The notes beneath the pieces are model-generated. The model was not told the DNA's origin and made no database searches. It worked only from the letters and a program-made list of their open reading frames with translations. The translations under genes and the position numbers were made by a program. From contig JBEKPA010000001.1 in the NCBI GenBank assembly GCA_049521195.1, positions 1 through 45,784 of the forward strand: a stretch of DNA of 45,784 nucleotides, given 5' to 3'. This stretch comes from Terracidiphilus sp. GTDB taxonomy: Bacteria > Acidobacteriota > Terriglobia > Terriglobales > Acidobacteriaceae. Positions 1 to 10,301 of this stretch are shown here, piece by piece (positions within the stretch are counted from its first letter, which is position 1; each line of letters opens with the position of its first letter).

Positions 1-585
1 GCCGCATTGATGGGCGAGTTCCAGCGCCAGGGCAAGGTGCGCGCGCTGGGCGTGAGCAACTTCAGCGTGGCGCAGATGGAGGAGTTTCGCTCCGTCTCGC
101 CGCTGGCCTCGAACCAGCTTCCTTACAACCTCTTCGAGCGCCAAATCGACGGCGAAACGCTGCCCTGGTGCGCGGCCAACAGCGTCGCCGTGCTCACCTG
201 GAGTACGCTCTGCCGCAGCCTGCTTGCCGGCCGGGTCCATCGCGGCATGAGCTTCGACGCCCAAGATATTCGAAGTGTGGACCCCAAGTTCCAGGAGCCG
301 CGCTTCAGCCAGTACATGACCGCCGTCGAGCGGCTCACGGCCTTTGCCCAGGAGCGCTACGGCAAGACCGTGCTGGAGCTGGCCGCCCGCTGGGTGCTGG
401 ACCGCCCCGGCGTCAGCGTAGCCCTATGGGGCGCCAAACGTTCCCAGCAACTGGATGCCGTCGAAGGCGTGCTGGGCTGGAGGATCGATGCCAGCGCCAT
501 GGCCGAGATCGACCGCATCGTGGAAGAATCCGTCCCCGACCCCGTCGGGCCGGAGTACCTGGCGCCGAAGGCGCGGGAGGGATAA
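1..585 (+). CDS. aldo/keto reductase (5' end outside window)
   Basis: Frame open from base 1; GKVRALGVSNF and NQLPYNLFER motifs and C-terminal AKR barrel features. Confidence 0.9.
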   Translation, partial: AALMGEFQRQGKVRALGVSNFSVAQMEEFRSVSPLASNQLPYNLFERQIDGETLPWCAANSVAVLTWSTLCRSLLAGRVHRGMSFDAQDIRSVDPKFQEPRFSQYMTAVERLTAFAQERYGKTVLELAARWVLDRPGVSVALWGAKRSQQLDAVEGVLGWRIDASAMAEIDRIVEESVPDPVGPEYLAPKAREG

Positions 586-725
586 CTCCTTCTGTGGTGT
601 GCGGTGAACATGCCGCAGCGCGGGTTGCTGCAACGGAGATTCTGAGGGCCAGGCAACCGGGAATCTCCGTTCAATCCTGCGTTGCCCTGACTAAGCTGAT
701 GAGCCAGAGACGTTTGCACTGGTCT

Positions 726-1037
726 CTAACCCTTGCCCCCTGTTCCCTGATCCTCGCCACGGCGAGCCTTTGGCTTGATCCCTGACCCTTGCGTCCGCAG
801 TTCCTCCATCACGCTCTGGATCAGCGCCTTGGCTCCCTCCAGGCCGCCCAGAACCGCCTGCAAATCCAGCGCCGGCTTGGCCGGATTGCGGCTGGAGGCG
901 CAGTAGACCCCGTGCTGCCCCACCAGAATCAGTGAGTCGGTCAGCAGGTCCAGCGCCACCGCCAGCCTGCCCCGCTCCACGCCCATCATGAACTCGTGCC
1001 GCTCCAGCTCCGCCCGCTTCTCGTCGAATACGCTCAT
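726..1037 (-). CDS. small hypothetical protein
   Basis: ORF with typical codon usage; TAGGCT -10-like box 6 nt before ATG 1037; C-terminal tail built from heptamer-like repeats. Confidence 0.7.
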   Translation of the reverse strand: MSVFDEKRAELERHEFMMGVERGRLAVALDLLTDSLILVGQHGVYCASSRNPAKPALDLQAVLGGLEGAKALIQSVMEELRTQGSGIKPKARRGEDQGTGGKG

Positions 1038-1196
1038 AACCAAAGCCTAATCGAAAAGCGGCAGCCGGTCAGCTTCCGGCTTGCCGGTCATCCACGCACA
1101 GTTTGGAGCAACCGCCTTTCGTCAAGCCTGCGCCTGGGAGCGGAATCCGAAAGAATCCATCAAGATGCGCATCCAGGGACTCGCGCGAGCCTCTTG

Positions 1197-1820
1197 CTAG
1201 TGCGGTCGTCCGGGCAGGACAAAGTGCTCCGCACAGCGCGGCTCGTAGAAGTCGCCGGCCATGATGATGGGGCTGTCGTAGGGAGCCGGTTTGCCATCGA
1301 TCAGTCGCTGCGGGTAGATCGCCTTGGCTCCGCAGCTGCAATACGCCACCAACTCGGTGATATTCCCTGAGTAGGTGCGCACCAGCCAGGAGATCTCGAT
1401 CATTTCGCCAAACGGCAGGCCGCGAAAATCGAGTTCGAGACCCGAGACCATCACGTCGTAGCCCGACTCAAGCAGGCGCTTGGTGAACAGGAAGAGGTCC
1501 TTGACAAACTGGCCCTCGTCGATGGCCACGCATTCGACGCGCTTGCCGATCTGCTGTTCCGTGGCCGCCAGAACCGGCAGAACCGTCCAGGGATCCGAGG
1601 ACCGGAATTCGACAGCTTCCATCCTTCCGCAGCCGTTCTGATTCCGGCTTTCCACCAGTCCGGCCGCAGCCTTGGTATCGTCGCTCGGTTTCAGAAGCAT
1701 GACGTACTGCTTGGCGTACTGCCGGCGCGTCTCGATTCTCCGCAGCAGTTCGGCGGTCTTGTTGCTTCGCATGGGTCCAACAATCAATTCCAGTTTCCCT
1801 GGCACAACAGTCTCCACCAT
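1197..1820 (-). CDS. tdk: thymidine kinase (type II)
   Basis: GPMRSNKT P-loop region, IDEGQF, LDFRGLPFG, CSCG...CAEH zinc ligands; GGAG 9 nt upstream of ATG 1820. Confidence 0.88.
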   Translation of the reverse strand: MVETVVPGKLELIVGPMRSNKTAELLRRIETRRQYAKQYVMLLKPSDDTKAAAGLVESRNQNGCGRMEAVEFRSSDPWTVLPVLAATEQQIGKRVECVAIDEGQFVKDLFLFTKRLLESGYDVMVSGLELDFRGLPFGEMIEISWLVRTYSGNITELVAYCSCGAKAIYPQRLIDGKPAPYDSPIIMAGDFYEPRCAEHFVLPGRPH

Positions 1821-1970
1821 CAACCGCATCTCCAAAGACTGGGGTCGCTCCATCCACAGCGCCCCGCGTGAATCGCCATTTTCGCTCCCCAACCCGATCG
1901 GTGTCTACAAAAGCAGACCAACCTTCATCTCCCGGGCGCGCAATCATGGGAGAATGGAACTGTAAAGAAC

Positions 1971-3704
1971 ATGACCAACGACAGCCGCCCAGAATCCGCC
2001 CCCGAGCCGAACCCCGACCAGACCGGCGAAGCCGCCGAGTCCTTCGCCGACCTGCTCTCCGCGTTCGAGCGCACCCACTCCCACAAGGGCGAACCCGGCG
2101 CAAGGCAGTTGCAGGGCGTTGTCGTCTCTCTCTCCGCCGACCAGGTCTTTCTCGACATTGGCTACAAAACCGAAGGCGTTCTGCCTCGCTCCGCCTTCGA
2201 CAACAACGCCGAAGCCGTAAAGATCGGCGACAGCTTCCCGGTCTCCGTCACCGGCCGCAACGAGGAGCACTACTACGAGCTCTCCCGATTCCGTGTTGCG
2301 CAGCCCCGCGACTGGTCCGCCCTGGAAGCGGCCTTCGCTGAGAGGCTGGCCGTCGTCGGCACGGTCACCGAGGTCATCAAGGGCGGCCTCTCGGTGGATA
2401 TCGGCGTCCGCGCCTTCATGCCCGCCAGCCGCAGCGGAGCCAAGGACGCCGCCGAGTTGGAAAAGCTGGTCGGCACCCAGATCAACTGCCGCATCACCAA
2501 GCTCGACGTCACCGACGAGAACGTGGTCGTCGATCGCCGCATCGTCCTTGAAGAGCAGGCCCGCGGCCTCATCCAGGCCCGCCACGAGGCCTTGAAGGAA
2601 GGCGACACTGTCAGCGGCACCGTCCGCAGCCTCATGCCTTACGGCGCGTTCATCGATCTGGGCGGCATCGACGGGCTTCTCCACGTCAGCGACATCGCCC
2701 ACAGCCGCATCGCCAAGCCGGAAGACGCGCTCTCCATAGGCCAGCAGCTCCAACTTCGCATCCTCAAAATCGATTCGGAAACAAGAAAAATCTCGCTCGG
2801 CCTCAAGCAGCTCCAGCCCGAGCCCTGGGACAAAGCTCCCGAGCACCTCGCCGCCGGCCAGCGCATCGCGGGCACCGTAACCCGTGTCGCCGACTTCGGC
2901 GCATTCGTCGAGATCGAGCCCGGCATCGAAGGCCTCATTCACATCTCGGAGATGACCTACGGCAAGAAGGTCCGCCATCCCAGCGACATTCTCAAGCCGG
3001 GCGACCGCGTGGACGCTGTCATCCTCTCCGTCAAGCCTGAAGAGCGGCGCATCGCTCTGGGCCTCAAGCAGACCCTCGCCGACCCCTGGATCGAGGCCCC
3101 GAGCAAGTTCCCCGCGGGCACGCAGATTGAAGGTCCGGTTACCAAGCTGATGAACTTCGGGGCCTTCGTGCAGGTAACGGACGGCATCGAGGGCCTGGTC
3201 CACATCAGCGAGATCAGCGCCGACAAGCGCATCAACCATCCGCAAGACGTGCTGCGCGTGGGCCAGGTGGTCAAAGCTCAGGTCCTGGCCATCGACCCCG
3301 AAAAGCGCCAGATCAAGCTCAGCATCAAGCAACTCATCCCCAGCCACATCGACGAGTACATCGCCGAGCACAAAGCGGGCGACAGAGTCTCCGGCCGCGT
3401 CGTCGAGCAATCCGCGACTCTGGCTCACGTTGAGCTGGGCGACGGCATCCGCGCCATCTGCCGCACCGCCTTCGCCACCCCCAGCCAGGCCCCATCCGCA
3501 ACCAAGGCAGCGCCCGCGCTCGAACCCCTACCCGCCGGCAAGCCCGACCTGTCGTCTTTAGGGTCCATGCTCAAAGCCCGCTGGAAAGGCAGCGCCCCCG
3601 CCGCCCAATCCAAGCCCGAACCGTTCAGCGAGGGCCAGATCCGCGCCTTCAAGATCGTCAAGCTGGATCCCGAAGCCAAAAAGATCGAAGTGGAGCTGGC
3701 CTAA
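1971..3704 (+). CDS. S1 RNA-binding domain protein (ribosomal protein S1-like, possibly a paralog)
   Basis: About six S1 repeats (FGAFVEIEPGIEGLIHISE type) and KISLGLKQL motifs. Confidence 0.88.
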   Translation: MTNDSRPESAPEPNPDQTGEAAESFADLLSAFERTHSHKGEPGARQLQGVVVSLSADQVFLDIGYKTEGVLPRSAFDNNAEAVKIGDSFPVSVTGRNEEHYYELSRFRVAQPRDWSALEAAFAERLAVVGTVTEVIKGGLSVDIGVRAFMPASRSGAKDAAELEKLVGTQINCRITKLDVTDENVVVDRRIVLEEQARGLIQARHEALKEGDTVSGTVRSLMPYGAFIDLGGIDGLLHVSDIAHSRIAKPEDALSIGQQLQLRILKIDSETRKISLGLKQLQPEPWDKAPEHLAAGQRIAGTVTRVADFGAFVEIEPGIEGLIHISEMTYGKKVRHPSDILKPGDRVDAVILSVKPEERRIALGLKQTLADPWIEAPSKFPAGTQIEGPVTKLMNFGAFVQVTDGIEGLVHISEISADKRINHPQDVLRVGQVVKAQVLAIDPEKRQIKLSIKQLIPSHIDEYIAEHKAGDRVSGRVVEQSATLAHVELGDGIRAICRTAFATPSQAPSATKAAPALEPLPAGKPDLSSLGSMLKARWKGSAPAAQSKPEPFSEGQIRAFKIVKLDPEAKKIEVELA

Positions 3705-6538
3705 TCGTCGTCGGTCTTCGCGGTCTTCCTCCTGCGCTCTTTCAGCATGGCGGGCACCGGCGCGCTGCCCATCGCGTCCTTCCAGAGAATCACGTTCAGC
3801 TTTTGCGCGTCGGCGCGGTCGGCGTGGCGGAAGTCCATCTTCATGCTCTCTTTGGCGCCGGGGGCGGTTTTGGCGTTGGCCGTGTAGATCAGGCCGTTGT
3901 CGCGGTTGGAGTAGTCCGCCGCGTAGGCCGGTTGATCGCCGGGGCCGGTGAACAGCGTCGAGATCATCGAGCAAAGCGCGTCGTTGTTGTTCATGGGAGG
4001 CAGCCCGAGCAGCGTCTCCATGGTGCGCACCACGCTCACGGTCGAGTAGAAGCGGCTGTCGACAAAGGGCGCGCCATCGGCCGTGCGCGGAGCATACTTG
4101 CTGACGACGACCGCCAGGCTGCGGTGCGCGTCCACGTGATCGCCGCCGTTCTGGGCGTCGTCCTCCAGAATGAAGAACGCCGTATCGTCCCAAAAGGGCG
4201 AGTGCGAGACGGCCTCGACCGCGCGCCCAACCGCCAGATCGTTATCGGCCACCGAGGCCTTCGGCGTTGGGCTGCCAGGCTTGGTTCCCGCGGTGTGGTC
4301 GTCGGGCAGGCGGAGCATGACGAACTCCGGCATGGAGTCCTTGCCCCGCTCCTTGTCGGCGACCCACGCCTTCAAATGCCGCAGGAAGACCTCGACCCGC
4401 ACCTGGTCCGGCACCATCAGATTGAAGTCCGGCGACTCGGCGGCGAAGTGGCCCGCCAGTTCCGGCTTGGTGGCGACGTTGGCGGCGATCAGCGGAATCG
4501 GCCAGGCCCACTTGTTCACGCCGCCGCCCCATTCGGCGGGCAGCGCTTCGCCCGGAACGATCGCCTGGCGCGCGCAGTTGCGGCCCTGGGTCAACGGCCC
4601 CATCTTCGGATCGGCGACGCGCGCCTCGTCGCAAAACGTGGTCGAGATGAACTCGCCGAAGTGGTAGTAGCTCTTGCCGTGCGCGGCCAGGTTGCCCCAT
4701 AGGTAGCCGCTGGCCGGCTCGTTCACATCCGGAATCTTCTGCAGCAGCGGATAGCCCTCGGCCACCACGCCCTCGTAGTCGTAGGTTCTCTGCTCGCCGC
4801 GATACGCCTGCTGCCAGGTCTTTTCCATGTAGTCCGTGCCGATGGCCGCCGTCGACCAGACGTGCCCATCGCCGCTCACCTCGCCCGAGTCGAAGAAGTT
4901 GTCCAGCACGCCGAACCGCAGGGCCAGCTTGTGCAGGTTGGGAGTAATCGCCTCGCCGTACATGGTCAGGCTGGGGTCGCCGTTGCCCACCGGCTTGCCG
5001 TCCTGGTTCAGGTCGCCGAATATCTGGTCGTAGGTGCGGTTCTCCTTGATGATGTAAATCACGTGCTTGATCCGGTCCTTCGCTCCGCCGGCAAAGGCGA
5101 TCTTCTCCTCCGCTGCCTTCATCCGGTTCGACTCCAACACCACCGAGGTCCAGCGCGGCAGATCCTTCTCGACCTCGGCCGCATCGAGCGTGGCCAGCGA
5201 GCCGTATAACTGCGTGGCAATGTAGGTGGTCTTCCTCGGCCTTCTCGACTGACTTGCCCCCGCATCCTGCTGGGGAAAGTTATTGGGCCCGGTGCCCTTG
5301 CCCTTGGCGGTGGCCACATAGAGCGTTCCGCCGGACGCCGAGGGGATGAATGCCATCGACATCGGCATCCATTCCGTGGGCACGAAGCCGATCGGCTCGA
5401 CCATGCCCTGCTTCGATGCCCTCAGAGTCAGCTTCCTGGTATCGATGACCGCAACGGCATCGCTGGCCAGGTTCGCCGCATATAAGCGGCTGCCGTCGGC
5501 GTTCACCGCCAGCGCCTCGGGCTCGGCGCCGAAGTAGCTCTGCCCCGGAAGACGCGTATCGAAGTACCCTTTTACGGAAAACTGTCCCGCTCCCACGTTC
5601 AGCGCCGCGACGGCATCGCGGTTGGCCAGCGCCACGTACAAGGTCTTTCCCTCCGGCGAAAACTCCAGCGCGCAGGGGTGCGTTCCCGGAGCCACCGGGC
5701 TGGGCGGCTTCAACAGCGTCAGCTTGCGCCCCACCGTCCCCTTGGCCAAATCCAGTTCCACAACCTCCGAAGCATTCCACAACGCGACAAAGGCCCGCGC
5801 GCCGTCCTTTGAAACCGCCAGGGCAATGGGAAAAGTGGAGGGCACGGCATCGTTTTCGGAGAGATCGAAGCGCTGGATGATGCGGCCGCTCTCGGCGTCG
5901 AGCAGCAGAACATCGTCGGAGAGATTGCCGGCGACCAGCAGCTTCTCAGCTCCCGCCGCTGCGCCAATCACCGCGATTGCCGCCGGGAAGGGCACTCCCT
6001 TATCGCCGTCCACGCCCCCAATCAGCGTCGTCTTTCGACCCCGAGCCAGTTGTTCCAGGGGCAAATGAATCATCCGCTCCGGCGCGATCTTGCCCGCCGT
6101 GAAGCTGTACACCACCACCCCGCTGCCGGTCTTGCCTTTGCCGTCGCCCAGCGGGTCGGTGATCGAACCCATGCTCGCGTACACGCGCTTCCCGTCGCCG
6201 CTGAAGGCCAGGCCGGAGTAGAGCGTCTGCTTGGCGGCCGGCTCCAGCGTGCGGGCATCCGGAAAATCCTCGAGCGCGCCGGTTTGCGTATCCAGCACCG
6301 CCAGCGACTGCTCGTACTGCGACTCGTAGGTTCCATACCCAGCATTCACGGTTACCACGTAGCGCCTGTCCGGTGAGACGGCCATCGACATCGGCAGGCT
6401 GTTCAACCGCCGCGGATGCCCCGGAATCTCTCCGATCAACTGTTTGCTGGTGGGCAAATCCACCGTCTGCGCCGCAAGCAACCCCGGCCCAAGAACCAGA
6501 GCCGCGCCGGCAACCGTCGACAGAACCTTGATATGCAT
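3701..6538 (-). CDS. secreted YncE/YVTN beta-propeller plus phosphoesterase (alkaline phosphatase superfamily) fusion
   Basis: Signal peptide, propeller repeats, IKHVIYIIKENRTYDQIFGD, EDDAQNGGDHVDAHRS; its 3' end overlaps the stop of the convergent S1 gene. Confidence 0.85.
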   Translation of the reverse strand: MHIKVLSTVAGAALVLGPGLLAAQTVDLPTSKQLIGEIPGHPRRLNSLPMSMAVSPDRRYVVTVNAGYGTYESQYEQSLAVLDTQTGALEDFPDARTLEPAAKQTLYSGLAFSGDGKRVYASMGSITDPLGDGKGKTGSGVVVYSFTAGKIAPERMIHLPLEQLARGRKTTLIGGVDGDKGVPFPAAIAVIGAAAGAEKLLVAGNLSDDVLLLDAESGRIIQRFDLSENDAVPSTFPIALAVSKDGARAFVALWNASEVVELDLAKGTVGRKLTLLKPPSPVAPGTHPCALEFSPEGKTLYVALANRDAVAALNVGAGQFSVKGYFDTRLPGQSYFGAEPEALAVNADGSRLYAANLASDAVAVIDTRKLTLRASKQGMVEPIGFVPTEWMPMSMAFIPSASGGTLYVATAKGKGTGPNNFPQQDAGASQSRRPRKTTYIATQLYGSLATLDAAEVEKDLPRWTSVVLESNRMKAAEEKIAFAGGAKDRIKHVIYIIKENRTYDQIFGDLNQDGKPVGNGDPSLTMYGEAITPNLHKLALRFGVLDNFFDSGEVSGDGHVWSTAAIGTDYMEKTWQQAYRGEQRTYDYEGVVAEGYPLLQKIPDVNEPASGYLWGNLAAHGKSYYHFGEFISTTFCDEARVADPKMGPLTQGRNCARQAIVPGEALPAEWGGGVNKWAWPIPLIAANVATKPELAGHFAAESPDFNLMVPDQVRVEVFLRHLKAWVADKERGKDSMPEFVMLRLPDDHTAGTKPGSPTPKASVADNDLAVGRAVEAVSHSPFWDDTAFFILEDDAQNGGDHVDAHRSLAVVVSKYAPRTADGAPFVDSRFYSTVSVVRTMETLLGLPPMNNNDALCSMISTLFTGPGDQPAYAADYSNRDNGLIYTANAKTAPGAKESMKMDFRHADRADAQKLNVILWKDAMGSAPVPAMLKERRRKTAKTDDD

Positions 6539-6821
6539 GGCAAAACCTTAGCAAATGCAGCGGCGCTTCCGCTTTACAACGCCGTTATATACTCGATCTG
6601 CTCGATGTTCCGTCCCGAAAGCTCCCCGTCCGGCGGCGCCGCTCCCGGCCCATTGCCAAAGCGCTGCCGCTGGCGGGCGAATTCCATCCGGGCAAATGCG
6701 CCATGAAATCCTTGCGTACTCCACCCCTTACCCGCCCGGATGCGATAGACTCATGCGGGAACGTTCCACGCAAATCGCGATCTTCAAACTTACGGAGGGT
6801 ACACAGGAATTGGGAAAAAGC

Positions 6822-7370
6822 ATGGTGCCGAAGAAGCTTTTTTTCACCAAGGGCGTGGGCAAACACAAGGAGCGGTTGACCTCCTTTGAGCTGGCGCTTC
6901 GGGATGCGGGGATCGCCTCGCAGAATCTGGTGCGCGTCTCTTCGATCTTTCCGCCGCGGTGCAAGGTGATTACGCGCAAGGAAGGCCTCACCTACCTGAG
7001 CCACGGCGAGGTGGTCTTCGCGGTGATTGCGGAGAACTCGACGCGCGAACCCCATCGGCTGCTGGTCTCCAGCATAGGCGTGGCCATACCCGCCGACCGC
7101 AACACCTACGGCTATCTGAGCGAACATCACGCCTTTGGCGAGACCGAGGAGCAGGCCGGCGAGTACGCCGAGGAGCTGGCCGCCGAGATGCTGGCCACGA
7201 CTCTCGATGTGGATTTCGATCCGGATACGAGCTGGGACGAGAAGAAGGAGATCTACCGCATCTCCAACAAGATTGTGCGCACCAGCAATATCACGCAGTC
7301 GGCCGTGGGCGACAAGCGCGGATTGTGGACCACGACCATCGCCGCCGCCGTGCTGATTCTGGACGAGTAG
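6822..7370 (+). CDS. pdaD: pyruvoyl-dependent arginine decarboxylase
   Basis: [21 protein letters not shown] (Ser-Ser self-cleavage site), GYLSEHH; adjacent to aguB and aguA. Confidence 0.9.
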   Translation: MVPKKLFFTKGVGKHKERLTSFELALRDAGIASQNLVRVSSIFPPRCKVITRKEGLTYLSHGEVVFAVIAENSTREPHRLLVSSIGVAIPADRNTYGYLSEHHAFGETEEQAGEYAEELAAEMLATTLDVDFDPDTSWDEKKEIYRISNKIVRTSNITQSAVGDKRGLWTTTIAAAVLILDE

Positions 7371-7476
7371 GCGTTGCATGCGGCAGACCATTTAGGCCAA
7401 CCCGGATAGAAGGGGTTGGCCCTGCCGCGAGTGCGCGGGACTGCCGGCGCGGGATGGATCGAGGAAGACAAGAGTT

Positions 7477-8445
7477 ATGGCGGATGCGCGCAAATACATC
7501 GTGGGCCTTGTGCAGATGCGCATGGGCGCGGACCCGGAGGCGAACTTCGCCGCGGCCGTGGAGCGCATCGAGGAGGCGGCGCGGCGGGGCGCGAACATCG
7601 TCTGCCTGCCGGAACTCTTCCGCACGCAGTACTTCTGCCAGCGCGAAGAGCTTGCGCTCTTTGACCTTTCGGAGGAGATTCCCGGCCCATCCACGGCGCG
7701 GCTGGCCGAAGTCGCCCGCAAGGCCGGCGTCGCCATCGTCGCCTCGCTCTTCGAGCGCCGCGCGCCGGGGCTTTACCACAACACGGCGGTCACGCTGAAT
7801 GCCGATGGGGCCATCGCCGGCGTCTACCGCAAGATGCACATCCCGGACGATCCGCTCTACTACGAGAAGTATTACTTCGCGCCCGGCGATCTCGGCTTTC
7901 AGGCCGTGGATACCGCCTATGGGCGCGTGGGCGCGCTGGTCTGCTGGGACCAGTGGTATCCCGAGGCGGCGCGCCTCACCGCGTTGCAGGGCGCCGAGGT
8001 GCTCTTCTATCCCACCGCCATCGGCTGGCACCCGGCGGAGAAGGAAGCGTTCGGCGCGGCGCAATACGATGCCTGGCTAACCATCCAGCGCTCCCACGCC
8101 ATCGCCAACGGCGTCTATGTGGCCGCGGTGAATCGCGTGGGCCTCGAGCATGGCGAGGTCAAGTTGCAGCATAGCGATGTACTGGGCAAAAGCACCGACG
8201 GGCTGGGCATCGAGTTCTGGGGCGGCAGCTTCCTGGCCGATCCCTTTGGCCGCGTGATCGCCAAAGCCTCGCATGACGCCGAAGAGATTCTGCTTGGCGA
8301 GATCGACCTCGGGCTGATCGAGGAGACGCGCCGCCACTGGCCCTTCCTGCGCGACCGCCGGATCGACGCCTATGGGGGAATCACCAAGCGGTTCCTCGAT
8401 CCCGTGAATGCCTGGCCGACTGACGGAGATTCGAAGGAGCCTTAA
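7477..8445 (+). CDS. aguB: carbon-nitrogen hydrolase, probable N-carbamoylputrescine amidase
   Basis: Nitrilase triad (LPELF, YRKMHIPDDP, VCWDQWYPE); operon context. Confidence 0.85.
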   Translation: MADARKYIVGLVQMRMGADPEANFAAAVERIEEAARRGANIVCLPELFRTQYFCQREELALFDLSEEIPGPSTARLAEVARKAGVAIVASLFERRAPGLYHNTAVTLNADGAIAGVYRKMHIPDDPLYYEKYYFAPGDLGFQAVDTAYGRVGALVCWDQWYPEAARLTALQGAEVLFYPTAIGWHPAEKEAFGAAQYDAWLTIQRSHAIANGVYVAAVNRVGLEHGEVKLQHSDVLGKSTDGLGIEFWGGSFLADPFGRVIAKASHDAEEILLGEIDLGLIEETRRHWPFLRDRRIDAYGGITKRFLDPVNAWPTDGDSKEP

Positions 8446-8470
8446 GAAATCAACGTGCAAGTCGGTGTCT

Positions 8471-8537
8471 TGAAGGGTACGGGCTTTAGCCCGTACATGA
8501 ATCCAGCAAGAACGACGGGGCTTTAGCCCCTGAGGGA
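8471..8537. repeat. REP-like palindrome pair (GGGCTTTAGCCC family)
   Basis: TGAAGGGTACGGGCTTTAGCCCGTACA then GGGGCTTTAGCCCCTGAGG; reverse-oriented near copy at 26879..26905. Confidence 0.8.
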
Positions 8538-8583
8538 AGGTCGGCTTCACGAAAGAATTGTTCAGGGGTTTCTAGCGCAATCC

Positions 8584-9657
8584 ATGAAAGACACTACGCC
8601 GCATCAACTGGGCTACCGCATGCCCGCCGAGTGGGAGCCGCATGAGGCTACCTGGCTTGCCTGGCCGCACAACCCCGACGACTGGCCGGGAAAGTTTCAG
8701 GCCATCCGATGGCTTTATGCGGAGATCGTGCGCCTGCTCGCCGCGCACGAGCGGGTGCATATTCTGGTCGAGGACGTGAGGGCCGAACGCCGCGCGCGGG
8801 GAATCCTGGAGCGCGCCGGAGCGCATCTTGACCGCGTCACCTTCCACCAGTGGCCCACCAACCGTGGTTGGACCCGCGATTCAGGTCCCATCTTCGTCCG
8901 CAACCCGGAAGGCCGGGTAGGCCTCACTAACTGGCGCTTCAATGCTTGGGCCAAGTACTCCGACTGGCAGTTCGACGACCAGGTCCCGGGCCGCATCGCG
9001 GGGCTGCTCGGCTTGCCCTGTTGGGAACCATCGATTCAAGACAAGAACGGTACGAAGCACTTGGTGCTCGAAGGCGGCTCCATCGACGCCAACGGCGCGG
9101 GCGCTCTGCTCACCACCGAAGAGTGCCTGCTGAGCGATGTGCAGCAGCGCAATCCCGGCGTCGGCCGCGAACAACTGGAGCGGGCCTTCCACGATCATCT
9201 CGGCATCGATCAGGTGATCTGGCTGGGTCGGGGAATCGCCGGCGACGACACCCACGGCCACATCGACGACATCAGCCGCTTCGTCGCGCCCGCCACCATC
9301 GTGACCGCTGTCGAGCCGGATGCGAACGACCCCAACCACGCTCCGCTGGCCGAAAACCTGGCCCGCCTCAAGGCCGCCCGCACTCTCTCGGGCTTGCAGT
9401 TCACGCTGGTCGAGTTGCCCATGCCGCGCCCGGTGGTCTTTCGCGGCCAGCGCCTTCCGGCCAGTTACGCCAATTTCTATATCGCCAACGAACTGGTTCT
9501 GGTTCCCACCTTCCACGACCCCAACGACCGCGTGGCGCTGAACATTCTGGCCGAGGTCTTTCCGGGGCGCGAAGTCATCGGCATCCATTCGGTTGACCTG
9601 GTCTGGGGCCTGGGCGCGCTGCACTGCATGACCCAGCAGCAGCCGGCGGCGCGATAG
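8584..9657 (+). CDS. aguA: agmatine deiminase
   Basis: RMPAEWEPH, WTRDSGP, LEGGSI, DDTHGHID, GALHCMTQQQP. Confidence 0.92.
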   Translation: MKDTTPHQLGYRMPAEWEPHEATWLAWPHNPDDWPGKFQAIRWLYAEIVRLLAAHERVHILVEDVRAERRARGILERAGAHLDRVTFHQWPTNRGWTRDSGPIFVRNPEGRVGLTNWRFNAWAKYSDWQFDDQVPGRIAGLLGLPCWEPSIQDKNGTKHLVLEGGSIDANGAGALLTTEECLLSDVQQRNPGVGREQLERAFHDHLGIDQVIWLGRGIAGDDTHGHIDDISRFVAPATIVTAVEPDANDPNHAPLAENLARLKAARTLSGLQFTLVELPMPRPVVFRGQRLPASYANFYIANELVLVPTFHDPNDRVALNILAEVFPGREVIGIHSVDLVWGLGALHCMTQQQPAAR

Positions 9658-9682
9658 CATTTTTAATCGTGCGCGAGGCCCT

Positions 9683-9741
9683 GGGTGCCCCACCTGGGCG
9701 CCCTTTGGGCACCGCGTTTTTGTTCTTGCGGCTAGCGTGGG
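9683..9741 (+). repeat. REP-like element (GGGTGCCCCA family)
   Basis: GGGTGCCCCA...GCGTGGG; related copies at 11959, 15259, 17967, 38137. Confidence 0.7.
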
Positions 9742-9794
9742 TTATCACGATATCTGGGTTACAGAAGCAGTGAAGAGGCGTTAGCATGGTGACC

Positions 9795-10244
9795 ATGATC
9801 GGCGACCTCGACCCCATGCAAGCCGCTCTCGCCGAGGCCCGTCTGGCCGCCGAGGCGGGCGAAGTGCCGATTGGCGCGGTTGTGGTTTGCGAAGGAGCTA
9901 TCGTCGCGCGCGGGCAGAATCGCGTCCTGCGCGACCTGGACCCCACGGCTCACGCTGAGATCGTGGCCTTGCGCGCGGCGGCCGCGGCGCTCGCCAACTA
10001 CCGCCTCGCCGGCTGCGCGCTCTTTGTGACGCTGGAGCCGTGCGCCATGTGCGCCGGAGCCATGATTCATGCCCGCCTCGACCGCCTCGTCTATGCCGCC
10101 GCCGATCCCAAGGCGGGCGCGGCCGGCTCGGTGCTTTCCGTGCTCAACCACCCCCAGCTCAACCACCAGATGCAGGTGGAGCCGGGGATTCTGGCCGATG
10201 AGTCGGCGGAGTTGCTGCGGAGTTTCTTTCGCGAGCGGCGGTAG
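9795..10244 (+). CDS. tadA: tRNA adenosine(34) deaminase
   Basis: GEVPIGAV, TAHAE, TLEPCAMC; start at 9795 or 9786. Confidence 0.92.
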   Translation: MIGDLDPMQAALAEARLAAEAGEVPIGAVVVCEGAIVARGQNRVLRDLDPTAHAEIVALRAAAAALANYRLAGCALFVTLEPCAMCAGAMIHARLDRLVYAAADPKAGAAGSVLSVLNHPQLNHQMQVEPGILADESAELLRSFFRERR

Positions 10245-10301
10245 CGCCGGCGTTGAGTTGCCGCCCCGCCGGCGGCAGCGCGGGGAGGCTAAAATAAGGC
10301 C

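Noticed and set aside
632-671. 11-bp inverted repeat as a mobile-element end
   Set aside because: Single copy between convergent genes with no supporting features; at most a terminator-like hairpin
696-727. Hammerhead ribozyme (CTGATGA followed by a stem)
   Set aside because: The required GAAA after stem II is absent
6555-6821. N-terminal extension of pdaD or an Arg-sensing leader
   Set aside because: Family similarity begins at MVPKK (6822); no separate Arg-rich uORF with a terminator was found
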